From assembly GCF_001194135.2 (NCBI RefSeq), contig NC_068990.1:2728835-2792834 (forward strand): 64,000 nt of DNA. Reading direction: 5' to 3'. Positions 53,748 to 64,000 of this stretch are shown here, one piece after another (the first letter of the stretch is position 1; the number at the start of each line of letters is the position of its first letter). The position numbers and the translations under genes are program-made. Below the pieces are notes generated by a model, which saw only the letters and a program-made list of their open reading frames with translations, was not told the DNA's origin and did no database searches. Origin of the DNA: Octopus bimaculoides (Eukaryota).

Positions 53748-55199
53748 CCGTGTATCTACTCCACATATGATTCTGTGTACGTGGCCATGCTTTTTCGCTT
53801 GAGTATATGTACATGCATATTTTGCGGGAGCAGATTATTTCAGATGCTGTACGAACGTGTATCTAAATAGTGACATTGGCAAATTTCATACATGCGTATA
53901 TTTATTGCGAGAAGCATCACTTGAAGGCTATATAGTTGTCAGTTTGAACACTACAAACAACCCGCTTTGAGTTCCTATGATAGGAGTACTACGTACAGCT
54001 AATCCCCATTTCTAACCTACGCATGCCCATATTGTTTTGCCTTCTAACCAACGAGCATTATTTTTCCAGAGCTTCAGGAATCCTGGGAGAATAAGAGAAA
54101 TGAAATTATTTTCAAATCCAAAAAGGGGAGGTAGGAATTTGGTCCGAAAAATTGCAACAGAATAGTGTCTCTTTAATTCATCAAAATGCCACACAAAAGC
54201 GCGCTCACAAATAATACTCACACATATACATATATACGTACGGATATATATGTATATAACACTACGATGCTAAGTCGCCACTTGTTATTTGAAGCATTCT
54301 TCGAATGATCAGATATCAGTTTACCTGGAAAACAAAATTCAATTATTAATAAGAAAAGCTGAAATTAGTGTATGCGTGATTTCAGAGCTACAACAATACT
54401 CATTCACAGCCAGCCAATTAACTTTTCAGCCCCCTCCCATGATATATNNNNNNNNNNNNNNNNNNNNNNNNNNNNNNNNNNNNNNNNNNNNNNNNNNNNN
54501 NNNNNNNNNNNNNNNNNNNNNNNNNNNNNNNNNNNNNNNNNNNNNNNNNNNNNNNNNNNNNNNNNNNNNNNNNNNNNNNNNNNNNNNNNNNNNNNNNNNN
54601 NNNNNNNNNNNNNNNNNNNNNNNNNNNNNNNNNNNNNNNNNNNNNNNNNNNNNNNNNNNNNNNNNNNNNNNNNNNNNNNNNNNNNNNNNNNNNNNNNNNN
54701 NNNATATATATATATATATATATATATACAATATAAAATAGAGATGTGTGCGTATTCACTTCTCACGCGAAAACGGCTTCACCAATTGCTTTCATATTTG
54801 TGGTGCATGAATAGTTTGATCTCGGACAAATAATAGGATGTTAATTTGATTTTTTTTTTATTAAAAATTATTAAATATAAAAGATACTGCTTTTTATGTT
54901 ACATTCACGTCTTTGAAATTTTCAAAATATTTACTTCCGGTTTTCTACGTCAGTGACTTAACATATCTCTTTATGTATGCCTCTCTATCCATATCTCTGA
55001 AGTGGACTCCGGTGATTGTTCCGAAATTCAACAGTCCACCCCCTCCGAAAACACTTTCCCAAAAAACTATTGTATATCCGGAATTCACATGACATAACAC
55101 ATATTCGTAGAAAATTTCATTTAAAAAATCCATTTTTCTGAAAGTTATGATCATCGAAATTTGGGTGGGTCATAAATCTGTAGTTATGCCAATTCGTCT

Positions 55200-56977
55200 A
55201 CAATATCAAGGTCAGCCAAAAGAATGTCTCTCTCCAAAGAAAGAGAGATAGCTGCAGAATGGGAAGCATGCCAAGATACGAGCGGACTATGGACTACAAA
55301 CGTCAGAGCATCTCGAAGTGATAAACACAGGTATGCACGACTGACAAGGAATAGGATCTCGACTGCAGAATAAAGAGCAGTTGCAACAGCTCAGACGAGC
55401 AACTCCTATGAAGCAGCTTTTAGTTATGATCCTGCAGTTCATTATGCAGATGACACTAAAGTTTCCATTGGTGCAATGACGAATGAGTGCATACACTGTG
55501 GAGATACCTGCACTGTGCTGCAGTGGGGGAAAGGTCAAACTCCCTGAAATTCTCCAACCTCCAGAGACATTGACGAAACTGTTGTCATCAACTGACCAAG
55601 ATTCCAAGCACTTCCAAAACAAAATTAGACAGTACAACTCTGTACTGTATATGACAATATTTGGATCCACAAGAGATATAACTGAGCCAGAATTCATGCA
55701 AAAGTTCTAGGCCCAAGGTCAGATTTATCATCGGACCGGCTCTCTACTACCTCTGTCAAATGAATCACCAAAATTCCTTCAAATATATTTTGTGGGTGAT
55801 TCCCAACAACCTGATCAGAAGCCATTGTCCTCCATCTCAGAGACGGCAAGTTGGCAGACACAGTCCAAATACAAATGAAAGATCCCAAAAATACCATACT
55901 CACAGCATTATTAATGCTCTGTCAGGATGATGAATTTGGTACAAGACTGCTATACAATGAAGTTCCACAATTCTATTCGTGGTACCAAAACAAATGGAAA
56001 AGACGCGCACTTGGAGCACCCACAAATCATCTGGGAATCAAGAAATCAGACATACTCGGCAGAGTTTATGTTGTCCATCCTAAATACTCAGAGTGCTACT
56101 ATCTAAGGCTTGTATTACAGCATGTCAACGGACTGACATCATTTACAGCCTTACCTACCCTTGATAACACAGTATGTCAAACATCACCGGGCTTGCCATC
56201 TTAGAGGTCTTCTGCAAGATTATGCTCACCGGGATGCCACTCTTCTCCACCATGGCAACATGATGAGTGAGAATGTCTTCATTCCAAGGAATCCTCTTTT
56301 CTCAAATGATCTCCCCTTTCAGTTCAAGAGACTGCAGTTTCCTGTCAAACTTAGCTTTGCAATGTCTATCAACGAAGCACAAGGTCAATATCTAAATGTG
56401 GCGGGACTTAACCTCCATCAACCTTACTTCTTACATGGTCAGCTGTATGTTGGATGTTATAGAGTTGGAGATGAAAAACACCGCTACATTTTCAATTATA
56501 AACATGGCAAGATAGAAAACACAGTATATGATGAAGCACTTACATGAACAGTAGGTCCATGCCATATACAGAAATGTAAAACCATTCAGTGTTAAAGTAT
56601 TACTATTACACATTCACTACTCGACTGACATGCGTAGATGTATATCTGTGTGTATAAAAGTGAAACAATAACGTAAAATATTAGCTGCCTGTTTGTGTGT
56701 GTGTACTTTACGCACGGCCTTTCATTGTTTATAATATCTACCTGTTTTTTTGGGTGGGAGGTTACGAAATAAGTTAAACGTGTATTTACTTTATATACAT
56801 GAATTGAAAACTTGCTTTTCACATTTCACTTAACGTCTATGTTCCATGATAGCATGGGACGGAGATTTACGTAGAAAGCTGGTATCTGAACTATTAGCAA
56901 TTGAGACCTGCGTAATCTAGACGGCGTTTTTACATTTCATTAATTTTTAACCTGGGCAACGTCAGGTATTTCTGCAA

Positions 56978-56978
<1 letters not shown>
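55200..56978 (+). mobile_element. Internally deleted Helitron (RepHel pseudogene) with 3' hairpin terminus
   Basis: Contains CCSGGKVKLP..HFQNKIRQYNS..QGQIYHRTGSLLP..PKFLQIYFVGD (N-terminal), LLYNEVPQFYSW..LGRVYVVHPKYSECYYLRLVLQHVNG (post-Rep) and VFIPR..FKRLQFPVKLSFAMSINEAQGQ..HGQLYVGCYRV (PIF1-like helicase motifs V/VI). The 3' end is acctg-ggcaacgt-caggt ...CAAG|T (56950-56979), a CTAG variant. The 5' boundary is uncertain. Confidence 0.9.
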
Positions 56979-57033
<55 letters not shown>

Positions 57034-57141
57034 TTAGGTTAGGTATGTATGCATGTATTAACATACTTACACAAATACACACAAACACATACATATATAC
57101 ATATATAAACGCACACATACACGCACACGCACATATATATG

Positions 57142-57530
57142 TAGGCGCAGGAGTGGTTGTGTGGTAAGACACTTGCTTTCCAACCATATGGTTCCGGGTC
57201 CATTCCCACTTCGTGGCACCTCTTTTATTTTATCCTCGGGCCGACCAAAGCCTTATGAGTAGATTTGGTGGACGGAAAATCAAAGAAGCCCCGCATTGTT
57301 AAATATATGTATATATCCATGTGTGTGTGTGTGTGTATGTTTGTTCTCCCATCACCACTTGGCAGCCGGTGTGTTTACGTCCCCGTAACTTCGCGGTTCG
57401 GCAAAAGATGTCCGATAGAATAAGTACTAGGCTTATAAAATAAGTACTGGGGTTGATCCATTGGACTAAAAATACAAGGTGATGCCCCAGCATTGCCACA
57501 GTCGAATGGCTGAAACATGTAAATGTAAAA
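57142..57530 (+). mobile_element. tRNA-derived SINE, family A (near full length)
   Basis: taggcgcaggagtggttgtgtggtaag head, ccatatggttccgggtcc, gggccgaccaaagcctt, (TG)n, gatagaataagtactagg...gccacagtcgaatggctgaaac. Confidence 0.85.
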
Positions 57531-58078
57531 GTAAAGGTATATATACATATAGGAGACCACTGCATAGGATCATTCGCGCATGTTTTCTCCGCTAACGGAC
57601 ACTCCATATACTTGTTTGTATCTTTAGAAAACAAACCATAAATACAGGTCAATCTATCATTGGCACTTGGAATATATATGCAAATGTAGTTTCTCAATAC
57701 TTGCTGCAATATATTTCTATGCATGTGTGAGCTGAAGTGTCGAAAAAAATAGCAAGCTTTGTGAATGTAACCAAAATTCTTAATAATTCAAGGAAGAAAA
57801 ACACCTGAAAGCAAGTAATGGAGTAATTGTATTTATTGTAATGCAATGACAGCAGGATAAGAGACATACCGCTTCCATTGAAGATCGAAAGAAAAATTAA
57901 GCGACATGATTTATGCATATTGACATCTTGCTAGTAGTTCCGAATTATTTTCTATCCGTTTGTTTTTATGCTGTATGGAAATCAAGAAAGACATTATATG
58001 CTATAAATGGATTAGCATAAAATTCATTGATACATATAACATATTTCTGACTTACTAATTATTTGGGAGAGGTATTCC

Positions 58079-58113
58079 AGTAGTAGTAGTAGTAGTAGTA
58101 GTAGTAGCAGCAA

Positions 58114-58146
<33 letters not shown>

Positions 58147-58166
58147 CAGCAATAGTNNNNNNNNNN

Positions 58167-58212
<46 letters not shown>

Positions 58213-58261
58213 ATAGTAGTAGTAGTAGTAGTAGTAGTAGTAATAGTAGTAGTAGTAGTAG
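58079..58261. repeat. (TAG)n/(CAG) trinucleotide microsatellite with 10-N gap
   Basis: Direct inspection. Confidence 0.95.
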
Positions 58262-59732
58262 TTTTCAAAAACAGCAAACATTTATTACATTTCTCATGAA
58301 TTCATTTAAATTCATAGTTACTACGTCTCCAAAATTAACTCATTAAATATTTATATATTTTAGCGAGTAGTGCAGTCGCATAACTAATAATGTGCTAACG
58401 TCATGTTGATAAATTAAATCTAACTTAGGTTAACTTTATTTTTCGTTCAACTGCAGCCAATTAGGTAGAACAGGAAATGAATTTGGGTCAGGTCAATCTA
58501 CAATACACTGCCACAAATATATCGTAATTACGTGTAAATACGATATGCATGTTTTATATCTAAATGTCTATTGAAAAGGCTTAAGAGAAAATCAATACAT
58601 TTCTTAAGAGAAATATTATACAAAATATTAAATACTTTTTGACATGGCTGAGAATCTTCAATTAAATGCTGTATGTTTCTAAATGAAGTGAAAGGTCTTA
58701 GAATTTGGAGTAACATCATATTACAGACGTAGCAAACAAATAATCATCATTCTACTTATTTTACAATCATAATCAACCGTAGTGTCTTGTTAATGCTAAA
58801 CGTAGCTTTCCAAAGCCTTTCTGTAACACTGATATGGGGTACATTTTCTGTAATTTAATTTATAGTTCGTATATGATGCAGTATATGAGCTTAACCAACA
58901 AAAATGTTCATACGAATTTGTCGAAATTTTTCTACGTTATACTTCACAACACCCTGTGCTTCCATTATAACTGTCGTTCTTTTTATATCCATATCCTATA
59001 TTCCTCCTACTTGCAAATCGTATATTACTATTTTTGTAGGAGGATATTATTTAGTCAAAGTAATTCTTGTGCGAGGCTGTGTTGTGGTACGAACGATCGT
59101 AACATTTGTCCATATCTACATTTTAGTTCTATCTCCCAGATAGAACATGCTTATCCTTATTTTCATTTTCAGCCATCGTCTCCTGGGTTTATTTATTTAT
59201 TTTTTTCCTTGTGGAGATAGAAACTTCATTCCTTTGCATGTCTTCCAATAATGTTACACATCATATCAAACATTCTGAAATGTTCTAATGAATCCACTGT
59301 AGGCTATATTAAAGCTAAGGTTTTCACTGAGAGTTCGCCCTAAGAAATAATATTTGGTATTTAAAAATATTAGGGATATAAAAACGAAACTATATAGTAC
59401 CCACGAAATATTAGAGACATTAAAAACCGGTGTTACAGGATAAATTCCCTAGGTCAAAATTTGCGTCACTAGTATTCACCGGAAATTATAACAGAACCAT
59501 TTTAATCCTAAACGACACCAATGTTATAATTTTTCTCTGTACTACTTCTAGTAAACATTATCGTGGTATACATTACACAGCTCCGGTTTGCATCTGTCTT
59601 TCTACCATCTCCATCACATAGACCTTTATAGATGTATTTAAATTTAAAATCAAATATGATAATTGATATATTTTTCAAATAAATTCGATGTTTTGGTAGC
59701 ATTTCAACGTTCAATATTAACTAACTTTTAAA

Positions 59733-59771
<39 letters not shown>

Positions 59772-59885
59772 NNNNNNNNNNTAACGGAACCCAAAACAAA
59801 ACCAAACAAAAGAGAAAGAACGCTTCACGGGTAATCATAAATATTGTGAAATAGTTGATGTATGAGTTACACACACACACACACA

Positions 59886-59920
<35 letters not shown>

Positions 59921-61169
59921 CCACACCCACACACACACACACTACGATGCAGCATGCGTCGAAACCCATACAAGAATAAGCTCATACTGTAAATACCCAA
60001 GAAAATGAACAAGACCCACAACATGGGCCATGGAAGGCAGATACAGCTGACACCGTAGTACATCTCTTGCGTTAGAAGTGTACAAATGCAATAATAATAA
60101 TAACAATAAAATGTTCTGATGCAGTGCCAAACAGTGGTTCTCATGGCTTGAATTGCCCTCTTATCTGAATGGAATTGTTACCATGTACATTTCTTGTCTT
60201 CGTATAAAACATGGGCTACAGCAAATATTCTGCTCAATACCTCTGATTTGCTTGTCAGTTCCCTGACGTTAACTAGTTTTAACATGTTTGTGATGCATAT
60301 GCCTAGTATACAATTATCAGACGGATAATCATGCTTTTTACATTGGGTTTCATATATTTGTATCTCAGTGTTACTTTCATGGCATGCTAATAATAAAACA
60401 TCGTTTATTTAATCTTCAAATGCACATTTAATAACAGAAATATATTTCGTTCATTAGCATGACATCGTAACATTATTAATGTTTCATAATTAATTCACTT
60501 CGAGCACATACGTTTTCATCATAAATTATACCCGCGGGAATATGAACCGGACTACAGTCTTCTTTATTTTACCGAATGGATGTGTAAATGCATTACGTAA
60601 TTTAATATTGTATAATGGATCATTTATAATTCAATACAAAACGTTATAAGCTTTTGTTAGGTTGACTCCGAGGTAAAGAGAACAGATTTGAAATTAAAAT
60701 TAAACCCGTAAAGACAATATTCATATATTGACTAATCTGTAAATTATAAAATTTCTAAGTATTTCTTCAGATTTTATTTTCTACAGAAGCTTTTCACAAA
60801 AGTATCACGTTCAGATTCATAATAATTCTTCACATGAAGACACGCATAAATAATCGGCTCTCAATTTCTTTCAGGCATTTATTTATAGTTATATATACAT
60901 TAGGTGGTAAGGTATTTTATGTTGAATGGAATAAATATAAAAATGTACTGAAATATAACACATAAAAAGTATGAAATATAACACATAAACATGTACTGAA
61001 TTAAAGCGAATATGGGTATAATTGTGTGATTAAATGTCATATATGATTCAAATTGCTCACTTTGATAGAATAACATTTCCTCGAAAGTACATATTTCTGT
61101 TCCTCATTGCAAGCAAGTATTGGGTCATATGCAGAAGTAACATGCCGATATTGAGTTCATAACGGAAGA

Positions 61170-61900
61170 GTCATGGTTGTCCGACATCCACAGAAGTCAA
61201 ACGTTATTTACAAAGATGACGCGATTGACGACGAAATCGACGTTCACCGATAAATGAAGTTTAGTAAAAAAGAATAGTGGAAGACATCAGCTGCGACAAC
61301 AGGCACAAAGTGATAAGTGGACGAATTGATTTTTGCGAGGAGACGAATCAGAATCTGTGAGATTTATGTGGATCTGGACTGTGATAAAACAGTCTTCCAC
61401 CAGATGGTGGAAGACTGTCTTTACCGAAAACTGTATTAGAATTGCCTCCTGAGAAGATGATACAAATGAACACATGTGATCTTATGATCTGGAAAAAAAG
61501 AAGACTCAGTTTGTGAAACTGCGTTCCACCATTTTTCAAAAGCTTAAGCCATTTAGAAGCCAGTGACCGGCACTGAAAATCACAGTGACAGATCTTTTGG
61601 TTATCATGGCTGCCATTCTCCTTTATTTCCGGGAGAGTAGCTGTACCGTGGAAAGACAACTGGTGCATCTGAGAGGTGCAGTTTCGATACATTTTCAATA
61701 ATATGCCCTGCACGATTGCCTCTGTTATTCTGAACGAACTAGCATAAGCCATCATTTACCAAAATCTGTCCAGAATCCCCCCTCATAACTATTATAAAAG
61801 TCAGATGGGTTTGTACCAAATACTTGGTCCTCTGAAAACGGGCAACAATCAAGGAGAAAAGGCAAAGCAATTTTTGCAAAACCAAAATTGCAACTCTTAA
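61170..61900 (+). mobile_element. Decayed mariner transposase remnant
   Basis: Plus translation VDELIFARRRIRICEIYVDLD...VFHQMVEDCLYRKL resembles the mariner HTH (VDELIxxDRRIT..EI...VHxII...FRK). KPFRSQ*PALKITVT...ILLYF resembles KKFKxQPSAGKIMxTVFWD. Many stops. Confidence 0.5.
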
Positions 61901-64000
61901 AAAACTTATCCTTTTATACATTAGAAAAACTGAGAATAAATTTGTTTGTTTAAAGGGGTGTACATGTGGTGGTGGTATATATTGTACTTGCAGGAGAAAT
62001 GATATGATGCCATATCAATTTCTTCAGCACTCTAACGCAATATACAAACCAATCCATATTCTAATCTCGTGTTGCTCACCAAGACTGGAGATATAATATT
62101 GTTCGCTGAAAATAGAAATAACAGTATAAACATTAAAAGTTTACTAATTTTGTTGAATGCGAGAATATATCTAATATCAGACACTCGAATATCACTTCTC
62201 CCGCCTTTCTCTGTGAAAGTGACATAATGATCCCATTAGGAACCAAAATTATTATTGCAAACGATGTGCTATGGCAGTCGTCTAATTAAAATTGGAGATG
62301 TTACTAAAATCAATTCTAGCTTAATTTCACGGACTACATGTTTTCGTAATAAGGAAGACAGCACTTAATCAGCATTCTCGCTTATAGAAAATTATTTTAG
62401 TGCTTACTTCTGTCTTTGAATGAAGATGTGTACTTCGAGACACGAGGAATGTTTAATAATACAGATTATTTATCGATAATAGAAACGATGGATCCAAAAT
62501 TCCGTGCGATCACCAGAATTTAAACAAAATGTATATCTTTCATAAATACCTCAACATTTGTTGATGAGCAGATCAGCAATGAAGGATCTCTAAAAAGCAT
62601 CATGTTCTATTTAATCATGGTTAGAAATATTGTCTCCAAATATCATTCTGGAATACAGTTTTACTAAACCTTTAGTCAGATGAATAAGGGCAGCACATGT
62701 GGGTCTCCGACACTAGTAACAGAAAGGTAAGAGGTTCCTATGACAGCGGATAAAGCACGAATCAATGTTGTAAAGTTGATAGCGTTTAAAGCACTATGGG
62801 CTAAAGGCTCGAGATAAACTGGGCAACGGATTTAAGTCTGGCACTCAAGATGCTTATAGTGCTAAAGTATACTATGTTGAATAGCATATCTATAGCTAGA
62901 TGGATTACGCTTGTTGATAATTCGATAATGATTGGGCTTTATTTTCCACGGTATGTAATGGGCACTTTTCCATTTGAAAGCATATCTGGTAATCTATAGA
63001 TTTAAATATTTGAACATAGACTGTAATGAACAAGAAGCTATTTTCAATTGATTATTTTTCTAGTGCAGGGAAATTTCAGTCGAGTCAAAATAAACCAATC
63101 CTGAGAATAAATATTGTTATCACATCTTTCAACTCCAAGAATCCATTCTACGTAAAGATATGTCCAATTTCGGATTCATTTCCACTGAAATGGAATCAAT
63201 GTAAGCAGTGTTTCTTTCTGAAATATGTGATTGCTTGTCTGTTGAAAATGCTTTAATAACACCGAAAGGAAAGGTTATCCTTTAAAGTCACGCTACGAAT
63301 AACATTGCTCAAAATTCATTAAAACAGTATATTCTTGTTCTGCGAGATATGCCTCTCAATTAAGGTGACGAGAGTTGTCGTAATGGTTCTTGTCTAGCCC
63401 TAGTGCAGCCGAAATCGGATATGCTTTCGGTCGTAGGCATTTCACCTGAGATCATTGAATCTTAGTTTCAAAATCATCTTGCTGAATTATATGATTCTAT
63501 TTTACTTTCAGAATGAAGACCAGAACCTGCAATTTCTATTTACAGTGTGTGTTTCATGAGATATTTAGATACTAGTTCTAGAGAATCTAGTATTAACTGT
63601 AAGTCATACTGGCGTATCCCATTGCTCATTATATCGCAGTGAATTCCTGAGATGTGTGAGTGTATTGCAGAGTCGAAATACTGAGCAGAGAAAGAATTAC
63701 CAACAACACATACATTAATGTGTTTATATATATATATATATATATACAGGAATAAGGCCAGGGAATCGTCAATTAGTAATAGAATTAATAATTAACAATT
63801 TTGCCAAGTAGTTCAGTATGAAAAAACCTTTATCGGTAAAACCATTTATCATCATAAATATACAGGGATTAGGTTGAGTTGCTTCTCCAACATACTGAAA
63901 ATTTAGAAATAGCAGTCAAAGAACTACCGATTCCAAACTACAAATTTTTCTCTAAACGGATGGCGATATTTATGGCACACATAGAACAAAAAACCGAAGG

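Noticed and set aside
59942-60144. Hydrophobic ORF segment WPMLWVLFIFLGIYSMSLFLYGF as a membrane-protein exon
   Set aside because: It is flanked by microsatellites, all frames are ambiguous and no family motif is recognisable.
60930-61000. Short tandem units (gaaatataacacataaa) and other small direct repeats, e.g. 28368-28407 and 11664-11688, as a CRISPR-like array
   Set aside because: Only two or three slippage-type units, no spacers, and a eukaryotic context.

Overview
This is AT-rich eukaryotic non-coding DNA from a gapped short-read assembly; most N gaps abut (TA)n, (TAGA)n or (TAA)n microsatellites. The SINE families resemble those I recall from octopus/cephalopod genomes, but that assignment is inference. 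No complete host gene, rRNA, functional tRNA or CRISPR array is supportable. The window is mostly transposon relics: a maT-like (DD37D) Tc1/mariner (1095-2272), two more decayed mariners, RTE LINE fragments, a Dong/R4-clade restriction-like-endonuclease LINE ending in (TAA)n, a Penelope GIY-YIG remnant, two Helitron remnants and at least 12 copies of two tRNA-derived SINE families. The most interesting signal is a small non-coding element present three times (2653-2841, 10344-10583, 29935-30390). It carries a minimal type I hammerhead ribozyme with a palindromic stem III, intact at 10418-10461 on the minus strand. At about 30 kb it lies next to a (TAA)n tract and a head-to-head pair of tRNA-derived Pol III promoters, which suggests a ribozyme-bearing, Penelope-mobilised SINE or retrozyme. 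A GC-rich, acidic/basic reading frame broken by one extra base (6385-6934, minus) is the best candidate for host coding sequence.
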